Assembly (NCBI GenBank): GCA_945834535.1
Contig: CAMAHM010000002.1
Location: 14,829 to 78,828, forward strand
Source of the DNA: an uncultured Sutterella sp.
Lineage (GTDB): Bacteria; Pseudomonadota; Gammaproteobacteria; Burkholderiales; Burkholderiaceae_F
Direction: 5' to 3'
DNA length: 64,000 nucleotides
The notes under the pieces were generated by a model. It made no database searches. It was given only the letters and a program-made list of their open reading frames with translations, and was not told where the DNA came from. This document shows positions 40,245 to 51,018 of the stretch, in pieces (position 1 is the stretch's first letter; every line of letters begins with the position of its first letter). Both the position numbers and the translations under genes were made by a program.

Positions 40245-42065
40245 TTAACCGCCGTCGGCATCTGAGGAAAGTGCCGGCAGCCGCAGCGAAAACCGCAGAC
40301 CGTCCCCGTCGGGATCGGCGCGGTCGATCACGAGTTTTCCTCCGTAGGCCTCACAAAGTGACTGCACGATCGGAATCCCCAGACCAAGCCCCTCACGCTT
40401 GGTGGTGGAAAACAGTTCCCCCAGATGCGCAAAGGCTTCGTCCGAGAGACGCACTCCGTTGTCCGACACCGACAGCACAGCCATATTGCCCTGTCGACAC
40501 ACGCGCACGCACACTCGGGGCGAAGCGCTCGTCATCGCCGCAGCATGCGCGTTTTTAAGAAGATTCCCGAGCATAAGCTCGATTTCAAGGCGGTTGCCGC
40601 GCACAGACGGCCGTCCCTCGAACTCAAGGTCTAGAACACAGTCGGCTTTGCGTCTGCGGTTGCAGATCGACTTTGCAAGCTCCGCGAGATCGAGCACTTC
40701 CGAACGGTTGGATTCGTTGCGGGCGTACCCGCGCACCTGATCGAGCAACGCCGTCATACGGCTGCCGCACGATTCGATTTCCTGCACAGCTTCGAGCACC
40801 ATTTCCTGCGGCACGGTACGGCGCTGCAGCTGCCGGCGCAGCGTACCCGCGTAGTTGTTGATGGCCGCCAGAGGCTGCTTGAGTTCATGGGCGGCCATGC
40901 TCGAAAGCACCCCGAGCGCCTGCGTTTTTTCCAATCTGGCAATTTGATGCTCGTAAAGCTCGGCACGCATCTGCGTTTCGTAGAGCTGTTTGATCGCCCG
41001 TTCGCGCTCGTCCGTTCTCAGGCGCAGCAGCCACGAGAGCACGGCACTGTTGAGAATAAAGATGAGCAGCAAAAGGATGCCGGCCACAATGTATTTCTGG
41101 TACTGACGCAAAAAGGTCTGCAGACGATAGTGCGCGTAAAAGGGCACGTCCGAGCGGTCGAACACTGCAACCGGAGCCTTGGCTTCCATGTTGAAGGTCC
41201 AGCGTAAGACGCTCTGAGGCGAGGGAAGCGTCAGAAGACTGAGCGCAATATTTTCGGCTGTCGGCGCATCCATTGAAGAGGTGACCGAAAAGGCCCAGCT
41301 CGGATACATGCGCGTCGAAGATTGGCAGCCAGGACTCTCGTTGGATACAGAAGTCTTGTTGTCCAACACGCGGAAAAGGCCCTGCCGCACGAGTCCCAGA
41401 CTCTCAAGGTCTTCGAGCATGCAGCTTAAAACAAAGCCGGCATCGGCTTTTCCGGTGCGCACGGCTTCAAAGACGCGCACCATCGAAGGCCCCGTCTCAA
41501 GAATGGTGTCGAAAAACTCCGTCGCGTCGTAGCCGGAAAGAAGCATTTCTGCCACGGGAACCTGCCAGCCGAAAAACGCCGACTGCGCCACGGTTGCCAC
41601 CGTTTTCTGACGCAGGTCCGACATCGTCTGCAGATCATCCCTATCGGCGCGCACGATGATGGCCGTTCCGGTGCCTTTGGCCGGATCGGGCGCCTCCTTG
41701 CGCACGATCGACAAAATCTGCGAGCCGCCCGTAAATTCGAGTGCACGATGCGTGATGCCGCTTGAAGCAATGGACATGTCAAAGCTCTTATTCCGCGCCG
41801 CCTCAAGGTACGTGTCAGGCGACAGGCGCTCGACAATGAGCGCGCGGGGAGCGATGGATCGGCGAATCAGTTTGAGTGTTTCGCCGAAGTAGTAGTGCTC
41901 AAGTTCGGGACCGTAATTGCCCACTAAAGCAAGCACCAAGGAGCGAGGTTGATCATCGTCGCTTTTGAGCGCATCGTCGTATGCTGATGCACCCGACGCC
42001 ATCGGCAGCAGCAAGAACGCTGCCCACAGAGCGCGGAGTGCGGCGCGAATAATCGAGCCAATCAT
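40245..42065 (-). CDS. sensor histidine kinase with periplasmic PhnD/PBP-like domain, TtrS-like
   Basis: 606 aa: signal/TM, about 300-aa periplasmic domain, TM, HisKA (MAAHELKQPLAAINNYA), HATPase. Colinear with Salmonella TtrS as I remember it, including C.SST.MYPSWAFS versus CLTSTPLYPDWSFA. Confidence 0.8.
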   Translation of the reverse strand: MIGSIIRAALRALWAAFLLLPMASGASAYDDALKSDDDQPRSLVLALVGNYGPELEHYYFGETLKLIRRSIAPRALIVERLSPDTYLEAARNKSFDMSIASSGITHRALEFTGGSQILSIVRKEAPDPAKGTGTAIIVRADRDDLQTMSDLRQKTVATVAQSAFFGWQVPVAEMLLSGYDATEFFDTILETGPSMVRVFEAVRTGKADAGFVLSCMLEDLESLGLVRQGLFRVLDNKTSVSNESPGCQSSTRMYPSWAFSVTSSMDAPTAENIALSLLTLPSPQSVLRWTFNMEAKAPVAVFDRSDVPFYAHYRLQTFLRQYQKYIVAGILLLLIFILNSAVLSWLLRLRTDERERAIKQLYETQMRAELYEHQIARLEKTQALGVLSSMAAHELKQPLAAINNYAGTLRRQLQRRTVPQEMVLEAVQEIESCGSRMTALLDQVRGYARNESNRSEVLDLAELAKSICNRRRKADCVLDLEFEGRPSVRGNRLEIELMLGNLLKNAHAAAMTSASPRVCVRVCRQGNMAVLSVSDNGVRLSDEAFAHLGELFSTTKREGLGLGIPIVQSLCEAYGGKLVIDRADPDGDGLRFSLRLPALSSDADGG

Positions 42066-42973
42066 GACGCCCCCTCGCTTTTTTGTCGGGCCTGCTCGCG
42101 CTTGGTGCTGACCGATGCGGCCATGCCTGAAATTACGATGAGCGTCATGCCCAGCATGCTCGAAGCTTGCAGAGCGTCACCAAAAAGAAGCACCCCCGTC
42201 ACGGCCGAAAAAGGTATGGCTGAAAAGCCCAGACACGACGACAGCAGCAGGTTGCCGTAGGCGTAAGACTTGGTCGTGCAGATCTGGCCGACGGTGGCAA
42301 AAAATCCCATGGCCAGCACGCCCGCGGCCGCGCGCAGATCGAGTGCGTGAAAACCTCCCGTCAGAGCAATGCCGACAAGGGCAAAAGCAATGCCCAACAC
42401 GGAAAAGTAGAACACGATGCGCCAACTCGGCTCATTGAGTCGGCCCATGCGCTTCATCTGCCAGTAGGTCACAAGATCAATTGCGGCCACCGACAGACAC
42501 ATCAGCGCGGGCACCAGCTCGTCGCCGCTGATGCTCGGCCGCAGGATCGCCACAATGCCGACGAAACCCACCAATATCGATGCGGTCATCATCCAGGGGG
42601 CACGGCGGCCTTTCAAAAGTGCCGCCACGGTAAAAGTCGCCGCCATAAAAAGCGGAGTCGTGTAGGTCAGCGTCATGCAGCTGGCAAACTGCATGCGCCC
42701 GAGTGCCCAAAACCACAGTGCCACGGAGAGCACTCCGAGCACGGATCGCAGAATGTGGTGCCCAAAGTAGCGCGTTTTGAGAGTGCCGCCGCGGGAAGCG
42801 ACGACAAAAGCAATCGAGAGAGCGGAAAACACCGAGCGGTAGAAAACGAGCTCAAAGGTCGACAAATCGACCGCCGACAGCTTGATGCAGGCAGCCATGA
42901 CGGAAAAACTGGCCGCCGCTCCGAGCGCCCAGAAGGACTGCATGAAATTTTGCTGCAGCGACTGTGAAGCCAT
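42062..42973 (-). CDS. EamA/DMT-family transporter
   Basis: Trimmed to ATG 42973 (MASQSLQQNFMQSFWALGAAASFSVMAACIKL). That start overlaps the dacB stop (TGATG), and its own stop overlaps the kinase ATG (ATGA). 10 TM segments. Confidence 0.85.
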   Translation of the reverse strand: MASQSLQQNFMQSFWALGAAASFSVMAACIKLSAVDLSTFELVFYRSVFSALSIAFVVASRGGTLKTRYFGHHILRSVLGVLSVALWFWALGRMQFASCMTLTYTTPLFMAATFTVAALLKGRRAPWMMTASILVGFVGIVAILRPSISGDELVPALMCLSVAAIDLVTYWQMKRMGRLNEPSWRIVFYFSVLGIAFALVGIALTGGFHALDLRAAAGVLAMGFFATVGQICTTKSYAYGNLLLSSCLGFSAIPFSAVTGVLLFGDALQASSMLGMTLIVISGMAASVSTKREQARQKSEGAS

Positions 42974-44427
42974 CAGTTGCCTCCCGCTCGCACTGCGTCG
43001 CCTCGGCCCGAAGCCACCCATTCAAGAAGCGTGCGTGCAAAAGCACGGTCGCGATCGGCGGGAGCTGCGTCGTTGATGAGCATCACGATGCTCCAACGCC
43101 TGCCCTCGACGTCCGTCACGTACCCCGCAAGCGAGCGCACATCCTGCAAAAAACCCGTTTTGACGTGTGCGCTGCCTGCCGCAAGCGGCCTCCTGCGCAT
43201 GGTGCCGTCCACGCCCGTCATCGGGAGTGAGGCCATGAATTCGGGCATCACTCCCTGCCGGTACATATAGCCGAGCACTCGGGCAAGGGACTTGGCCGTT
43301 GCGTACGTGCGGCGCGACAGGCCCGAGCCGTTTTCCACATAAACCGACTGCGGAGCAATGCCCACGCGGTCGCTGAGCCAGTCGTTGAGAACGCGCCGAC
43401 TTGCCTCAAGCGTTGCGGCCGGACGTTTGTCCTCTTCACGCGAGTGCGCCGCCGCATGCGCCAGGCGCAGAAAAAGCATGCGGGCCATGGGGTTGTTGGA
43501 ATACTTGTTGATCCAGGTCACCACCAGGGAAAGCGGCTCGGAAAATTCACGCCACAGCAGCACGTCGTCACTTTTGGCGGCTCCGGGCACGACGCGTCCC
43601 TGCCAGGCAATGCCCGAGCGCTTGAAAACGTAGCGCAAAAGCCGCGTCAGATATTCGTCGGGCGTCCACAGTGAAGCGTGCCAGATCTGCGGCCCGCAGG
43701 CCGCAGGGAACCGTCCCTTAAAGCGAATGCGCGTGGGATCGGACGTGCGCGCGTCAATGCTGCGCCGCCAGTCGCCGCACCGCCCCGCAGTCGTGCGGAT
43801 TTTGGCGGGAAAACGCACGCCGTCGAGCGGCGGAAACGCCGACACCGTGGCCCAGTGCGTTCCCTTTTCGGGCGTGATGGTGACCGAGACGGCTTTCAGA
43901 TTGACCATCATCGCGTCGGGCCCGACGTTGTAGGTGCGGGTCGGTGCACCGTCAAATTCGCCTGGATCGGTTGCGGGGACGTCAAAAAGCGATCGATCGA
44001 CCCGAATGCTGCCTTCAATGCGCCGCACGCCGGCCGCGCGAAGGCGCTCGGCCACCAACCACAGACGCTCGACCATGAGATGCGGGTCGCCCCCGCCGAC
44101 GAGCGTCACGCCCCGCACGACACCCTTGGCATCAGGCTTGGCTCGGGCCGTCACATCCGTGTACCAGGCGTGGTTGGGTTTGAAGATGTCGAGCGCCGCC
44201 GCGGTCGTGACCACCTTGATCACGCTCGCGGGCTTCATGGGAACGTCGGCATTGAGTTGGATCGTGGCCCCCGGCGCGTCCAGAGGAGCGATGTGCAGGG
44301 CTACGGACGAGGCGGGGAAACCCGATTTTTCCAGTGCCTGCGCAAGAGGCTCGGGCAGGGGAGCGGCCAGTGCGGAACAGGCAAAAAGCGAGCAGCACAA
44401 GGAAACAATCTTCTGATATTTCAACAT
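42973..44427 (-). CDS. dacB: D-alanyl-D-alanine carboxypeptidase/endopeptidase (PBP4, peptidase S13)
   Basis: Signal peptide MLKYQKIVSLCCSLFACSALA and SxxK active site (PASVIKV). ATG 44427 preferred over the track's TTG 44433. Confidence 0.88.
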   Translation of the reverse strand: MLKYQKIVSLCCSLFACSALAAPLPEPLAQALEKSGFPASSVALHIAPLDAPGATIQLNADVPMKPASVIKVVTTAAALDIFKPNHAWYTDVTARAKPDAKGVVRGVTLVGGGDPHLMVERLWLVAERLRAAGVRRIEGSIRVDRSLFDVPATDPGEFDGAPTRTYNVGPDAMMVNLKAVSVTITPEKGTHWATVSAFPPLDGVRFPAKIRTTAGRCGDWRRSIDARTSDPTRIRFKGRFPAACGPQIWHASLWTPDEYLTRLLRYVFKRSGIAWQGRVVPGAAKSDDVLLWREFSEPLSLVVTWINKYSNNPMARMLFLRLAHAAAHSREEDKRPAATLEASRRVLNDWLSDRVGIAPQSVYVENGSGLSRRTYATAKSLARVLGYMYRQGVMPEFMASLPMTGVDGTMRRRPLAAGSAHVKTGFLQDVRSLAGYVTDVEGRRWSIVMLINDAAPADRDRAFARTLLEWVASGRGDAVRAGGN

Positions 44428-44532
44428 GTTCAAGCTCGCGTAAAACCACTCCCTGCGCTCGGCTCGGGCACCCCGACAACCTTGCAGCGACGCCTCGGAA
44501 AAAATTTTTCACATAGTTTAGCCGACGGGGGG

Positions 44533-44559
44533 TTGAAATATCCGAGCCCGCCCCCATAT
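44533..44559 (+). promoter_or_regulatory. sigma32 (RpoH) heat-shock promoter of groESL
   Basis: TTGAAA-13 nt-CCCCATAT matches the consensus cTTGAAA-N13-15-CCCCATnT. It lies about 140 nt upstream of the groES ATG. Confidence 0.8.
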
Positions 44560-44702
44560 AGAGTTTTGTCGGTGCGTTGGACCGTCCGCAGACGGACGGC
44601 GGCAAGCCGAAGTTTTTCAGACGGGATGCCCATTGGGCCGACGGATCGGCCCCGGTATCCGACACGATTTAACAAAGATCTCAACTTTTGGAGTTCTAAA
44701 AA

Positions 44703-44993
44703 ATGCAGATTCGTCCGTTGCATGACCGAGTGATTGTCAAGCGCCTTGATGCCGTGCGTACCACCGCCAGCGGCATCGTCCTGCCCGATACGGCCGGCGA
44801 AAAGCCCGATCAGGGTGAAGTGATCGCCGTCGGCCCCGGCAAGCGCGACGAAGCCGGCAAGCTGATCGCCATGGACGTCAAGGTGGGCGATCGCGTGCTC
44901 TTTGGCAAGTACGCCGGCCAGACCGTCAAGGTTGACGGCGAGGAACTGCTCGTGATGCGCGAAGAAGACATCATGGGCGTCGTCGAGGCCTAA
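44703..44993 (+). CDS. groES: co-chaperonin GroES
   Basis: [14 protein letters not shown]...[10 protein letters not shown]...; 96 aa. Confidence 0.98.
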   Translation: MQIRPLHDRVIVKRLDAVRTTASGIVLPDTAGEKPDQGEVIAVGPGKRDEAGKLIAMDVKVGDRVLFGKYAGQTVKVDGEELLVMREEDIMGVVEA

Positions 44994-45030
44994 GCCCCCG
45001 CCTGTTTTGTTGTTCGATCAAGATTTCTGA

Positions 45031-46686
<1,656 letters not shown>

Positions 46687-46735
46687 TCCATCACGCCTGA
46701 AGCGTGCCGGACCGGATGAGCCTCCGGTCCCCGAC

Positions 46736-46768
46736 GGCCTGAGGGAAGTTTCCTTCAGGCCGTTTTTG
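46736..46768 (+). terminator. rho-independent terminator after groEL
   Basis: GGCCTGAGGGAA-GT-TTCCTTCAGGCC followed by GTTTTTG. Preceded by a second hairpin GGACCGG...CCGGTCC. Confidence 0.75.
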
Positions 46769-46846
46769 CGTCTTACTCCGGGCACTTTGCTCCTGACGCG
46801 AGTGCTACCATGCCGAACGCGTACTTTTCGTTTGGCTCGTTTTTCC

Positions 46847-47770
46847 ATGGCGCTTCCCACCACACCTTTTGCCGCCACCGCTTTGGGCGTGCTCGCTCCC
46901 GTCTGCTGGGGCTGTTCTGTTTCGCTCATGCGCGCCATTGTCGAAGAATTCGGCGTTGCGCCGGGCGAATGTCTGCTCTACGCCATCGCTACGGTGTATC
47001 TGTACTTCACCGTGGGACTGCCGGATTTTTCCAAAATGCGTCTGCGCTACTGGATTTTCGGCATCGGAAATGCCCTTGCCTGCTCGCTCACGCTCGTCTT
47101 TTCCATCTACCTTTCGACGGGAGGCAAGCAGACGATGGAAGTCGGCATGATCAACTATCTGTGGCCGGCGATGACCATCCTCTTTGCGGTCCTTTTTACC
47201 GGGCAAAAGGCCGACTGGCGCCTTTGGCCGGGCATGGCGCTCTCTGTTTTCGGCATCTTCTGGATTCTTTCGGGCGGTGAATTTTCCTTCACCGAATTTG
47301 CCCAGCGGTTTCTCTCCAATCCCTGGAGCTACGTGCTCGCCTTCTTCGGTGCCCTCACGTGGGTCAACTACACGACGGTCACCAAGCTCTGGTCCGAAGG
47401 CCAGAATCCGAGCACGGTCGTTTTTGCTCTTCTGACGCTGATCTATGCGGGACTTTGGGCGTTGGGCGTGGGAGAGGTACACACCGCCACCGTCAAGGGA
47501 GCCTTCAGCTCCGTTTTCGGCGGCTTCATCATGGCCTCGGCCTATGTGCTTTGGACAAACGGAGTGCAGCACGGCCGCATCAGCATTCTGTCGATCGCTT
47601 CGTACTTCACTCCGGTGCTCTCGTGCGTGATCGGGGTCTTTTGGATCGACGCGCGACTGACCGGCGACTTTTGGGCCGGTGTTGCGGTGCTCACCGTGGG
47701 CTCGCTTCTTTGCTGGCGGGCGACCCGCACGGACACGCCAAGCGTTCAGCCGCGCGGCTCGAGCACATAG
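46847..47770 (+). CDS. yddG: DMT-family aromatic amino acid exporter YddG-like
   Basis: Trimmed to ATG 46847. Strong colinearity with E. coli YddG as I remember it (EVGMINYLWP, SYFTPVLS, GSLLCW). Confidence 0.8.
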   Translation: MALPTTPFAATALGVLAPVCWGCSVSLMRAIVEEFGVAPGECLLYAIATVYLYFTVGLPDFSKMRLRYWIFGIGNALACSLTLVFSIYLSTGGKQTMEVGMINYLWPAMTILFAVLFTGQKADWRLWPGMALSVFGIFWILSGGEFSFTEFAQRFLSNPWSYVLAFFGALTWVNYTTVTKLWSEGQNPSTVVFALLTLIYAGLWALGVGEVHTATVKGAFSSVFGGFIMASAYVLWTNGVQHGRISILSIASYFTPVLSCVIGVFWIDARLTGDFWAGVAVLTVGSLLCWRATRTDTPSVQPRGSST

Positions 47771-49011
47771 AGTTTGTCGTTTTCGCGTACGCGACCGGGA
47801 ACAGTGAGTGTGACCGACTCCCCTTTTCGCGCCTCATTTTGGGCGGCATCGTCCCGAACGATGCTCTCGGCCTCAAACTCTACCGCCCCCGTGGTCGGCC
47901 CCACGACAAGGAGCCTGGCGCCCTTTGCAAAGCCTTCGGCCTCAATGACAAACTGCGCCACCCCCACACGAGCAAAATAATTCGTGCAGCGCCCTACGTG
48001 GCGCTTAACGAGCGATGCTTTGGAGCCCGAGGCGTCGGTGAGTGCGGCAACCTGCGCCCCGAGGTAGTAACCGTCCCAAAAGCCGCGGTGAAACACTTCT
48101 CCGAGCCGCGTGTTCCAGAGCGCCTTTTCTGCCTCCGTCGCGCCCCCGCGGCAGGCCGCACGCAGAGCCGCGTCGTAGCAGGAGACGACGTGCTGCACGT
48201 ATTCGGCAGAGCGCGCTCTGCCTTCGATCTTGAAGACCCGCACGCCGGCATTGACCATGCGGTCGACAAAGTCGATTGTCTTTAAATCCTTGGGACTCAT
48301 GACGGTCCCCGCGTCAAGTGTGAGGGCGATGTCGCGCTCGGCATCGTGAATCGTGTAGGTACGACGGCAGGTCTGCAGACACTCGCCTCGGTTGGCGCTT
48401 TTGCCGCGGGTGTGCAGGCTCATGTAGCAGCGCCCGCTCACAGCCATGCAAAGAGCCCCGTGGCAGAACATTTCCACGCGCATCAGCTGCCCGGAAGGGC
48501 CGCAGATACCTTCCTGCCGCACGGCCCGGGTGATGCGTGCCACCTGCTCGAGAGTGAGTTCGCGCGCGAGCACGGCAACGTCTGCAAACTGCGCGTAAAA
48601 GCGCAGAGCCTCGACATTGGCGATGTTGAGCTGCGTCGAAAGGTGCACGGGCAGACCGAGCGCTCGGCAGCGCATGAGCACCGCTACGTCCGAAGCGATG
48701 ACGGCGTCAACGCTCGCCTGTCGGGCCGCTTCCAAAAGCTGCTCGAGCGCTTGGGCGTCGTCATCGAAAATCACGGTGTTGACCGTAAGGTATCCAAGTC
48801 GCCCCGCATCGTGAATGCGGTCCATGACTTCAGGCAGACAAGCGCGTGTAAAGGCTCGTGAACTGAGGGACCGCATGTTGAGTTCGCCCACGCCGAAATA
48901 AACCGAATCGGCGCCGTTGGCAAGGGCCGCCGAGAGCGTATCCCAGCCTCCGGCGGGCGCCATGAGTTCCAATTCGCTTCGATCCGTAAGGGACGTGTTG
49001 CTGCTGTGCAT
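47746..49011 (-). CDS. U32-family protein (peptidase U32 / Fe-S prephenate-dependent hydroxylase family)
   Basis: 421 aa with N-terminus ELMAPAGG. Cys motif C-x6-C-x15-C-x3-C counted in CMAVSGRCYMSLHTRGKSANRGECLQTC. Convergent 25-nt overlap with yddG. Confidence 0.85.
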   Translation of the reverse strand: MHSSNTSLTDRSELELMAPAGGWDTLSAALANGADSVYFGVGELNMRSLSSRAFTRACLPEVMDRIHDAGRLGYLTVNTVIFDDDAQALEQLLEAARQASVDAVIASDVAVLMRCRALGLPVHLSTQLNIANVEALRFYAQFADVAVLARELTLEQVARITRAVRQEGICGPSGQLMRVEMFCHGALCMAVSGRCYMSLHTRGKSANRGECLQTCRRTYTIHDAERDIALTLDAGTVMSPKDLKTIDFVDRMVNAGVRVFKIEGRARSAEYVQHVVSCYDAALRAACRGGATEAEKALWNTRLGEVFHRGFWDGYYLGAQVAALTDASGSKASLVKRHVGRCTNYFARVGVAQFVIEAEGFAKGARLLVVGPTTGAVEFEAESIVRDDAAQNEARKGESVTLTVPGRVRENDKLYVLEPRG

Positions 49012-49136
49012 TCTGACCTCGATTGTTGACGCTCGTGCGTGAGTGTACCCGCTTCAGACGCGCCTCTCGAGGCGGGTGCTATCATGCGGCAACGCCCGTT
49101 TCGGGCCTTTGTGAGCATACATAGGGAAACAGTCCG

Positions 49137-49964
49137 ATGACCTTTACCGAACTCATCAACGCCCGCACCGATGCGGTCGATTCCATGCTGTGCGTGGGCC
49201 TTGACCCCGACTTGAAGCGTCTGCCCGCCTGTCTTTCGTCCGACCCCGATCCCGTCTGGTCTTTCTGCAAAGCCATTGTGGACGCGACGGCCCCCTATGT
49301 GTGCGCCTTCAAGCCCCAGTTTGCTTATTTTGCCCCCGATCGCCGCGAGGCTACGCTCGAGCGCATCATTGCCTACATTCGCCAAACCTACCCCGACATT
49401 CCCGTCATTCTCGACGCCAAGCGCGGCGACATCGGCTCGACCGCCAAGCTCTACGCCCGCGAAGCTTTTGAGCGCTACAACGCGCACGCCGTCACGCTGT
49501 CGCCCTACATGGGGTTCGATACGATCGAACCGTACTTCGAATTTGCCGATCGCGGCGTCATTTTGCTGTGCCGCACCTCCAATCCGGGCGGCGCCGACAT
49601 TGAAGAGCTGCGCGTGGGCGAGGAATTCGTCTACGAACGCATCGCGCGCCTTGCACAGGGCCCCTGGAACAAGACCGGACAGATCGGCCTTGTGGTGGGT
49701 GCCACGCAGCCCGCGGAAATCGCCCGTGTGCGTGCCGTTGCGCCCGACGTTCCCCTGCTCGTTCCCGGCATCGGTGCTCAAGGTGGCGACGTGGACGCAG
49801 CCGTTGCCGCGGGTCTTGACAAGCACGGCCGCGGCATGATCATCAATTCGAGCCGCGCCGTGATCTACGCCTCGAGCGGCGAAGACTTTGCGCAGGCTGC
49901 GGCACGTGCCGCCTGTGCGACGCGCGACGCCATCCGTGACGCCAAGCGCAAGGCGCTTGCCTGA
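49137..49964 (+). CDS. pyrF: orotidine-5'-phosphate decarboxylase (type 2)
   Basis: LCVGLDPD, FKPQFAYF and DAKRGDIGST motifs; 275 aa. Confidence 0.93.
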   Translation: MTFTELINARTDAVDSMLCVGLDPDLKRLPACLSSDPDPVWSFCKAIVDATAPYVCAFKPQFAYFAPDRREATLERIIAYIRQTYPDIPVILDAKRGDIGSTAKLYAREAFERYNAHAVTLSPYMGFDTIEPYFEFADRGVILLCRTSNPGGADIEELRVGEEFVYERIARLAQGPWNKTGQIGLVVGATQPAEIARVRAVAPDVPLLVPGIGAQGGDVDAAVAAGLDKHGRGMIINSSRAVIYASSGEDFAQAAARAACATRDAIRDAKRKALA

Positions 49965-49985
49965 CCGGGAGGCCTCAAAGCGACA

Positions 49986-50009
49986 GCGGGCCGCCGAGCC
50001 CGCTTTTTT
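49986..50009 (+). terminator. rho-independent terminator after pyrF
   Basis: GCGGGC-CGCCGA-GCCCGC followed by TTTTTT. The T-run abuts the stop of the convergent LysR gene. Confidence 0.7.
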
Positions 50010-50911
50010 CAGACCATCAAACCCACCGCCGCCAGGGCTCGGTCGCGTACGGGCGAGACCACGTCGGGACGCCAGAGCGCACACAGCTCCACGCAGGGCG
50101 GCACGTCCGTCAGCCGTCGGCCGATGACGCTCGGCGGGAGCATGCAGAGGTAAAACTCGGGCACCAGCGCCAACCCCTGGCCGCAGCCGACGTAGGCCAT
50201 CTGACGCATGGTCGAACTCACTTCATGCCTGATTTTGGGCTCAAACCCCACGCGGCGGCAGTTCTGACGCACCACCTGCACGATGTGGGGCGAGACGTTG
50301 TTGGCCACAAACACCCAGGATTCGTGCGACAAATCCGCAAGCTTAAGGTGCGGCTCGCTTGCCAGGCGGTGATAGACAGGCAAAAGCACCACGAGCGACT
50401 CCTGCACCAGCACCGAACGCGACAGACCGTCGTCACGCTCTTTTGCAAAATACCCTACGGCAAAATCAAACCCGTTGGCTTCCAAACTGGCGGACGCATC
50501 AACAGAGTCGATCTCCTTTGTAAAAAGCGAGATATCCGGCGCAACTGTCGCCAAATGCGCCGTAAATTTTGGGATCCAATGCAGCATGGCCTCCATCACG
50601 GCGCCCACCGTGACGAGCCCTTTCTGGCCGCTGCGAATACTTCCGACCGAATAGTCGAGCATCTCGACCTGCTCGATCACGCGCTGAATTTCGGGCATGA
50701 GCGAGCGCCCCTCGGGCGTCGTCTGTACCCCGCGGGGCGTACGCACCAAAAGTTTGAGGCCCAGACGAGACTCAAGCTCGTCAATCTGCGCCGTCAGGGG
50801 CGGCAGCGACATGCACAGCCTGTCGGCTGCCTTGCGAAGGCTCTTTTCCTCGACGACGACGGCAAAGAGCAACAGTTGTCGGATTTTTCGGTAATCAAAG
50901 CGATTCAGCAT
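50009..50911 (-). CDS. LysR-family transcriptional regulator
   Basis: Trimmed to ATG 50911 (MLNRFDYRKIRQLLLFAVVVEEKSLRKAADRLCMSLPPLTAQIDELE = wHTH), followed by a substrate-binding domain. Divergent from the LysE genes. Confidence 0.9.
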   Translation of the reverse strand: MLNRFDYRKIRQLLLFAVVVEEKSLRKAADRLCMSLPPLTAQIDELESRLGLKLLVRTPRGVQTTPEGRSLMPEIQRVIEQVEMLDYSVGSIRSGQKGLVTVGAVMEAMLHWIPKFTAHLATVAPDISLFTKEIDSVDASASLEANGFDFAVGYFAKERDDGLSRSVLVQESLVVLLPVYHRLASEPHLKLADLSHESWVFVANNVSPHIVQVVRQNCRRVGFEPKIRHEVSSTMRQMAYVGCGQGLALVPEFYLCMLPPSVIGRRLTDVPPCVELCALWRPDVVSPVRDRALAAVGLMV

Positions 50912-51018
50912 GGGGTGCACCAGTTTTGGGCAACAGAGTGCTATCAATTTTGATGCACTCAACTCTAATGCAGTTAATTATATTTCGCCCAACTAAGCAC
51001 ATTGCCCTAATAACTGCG

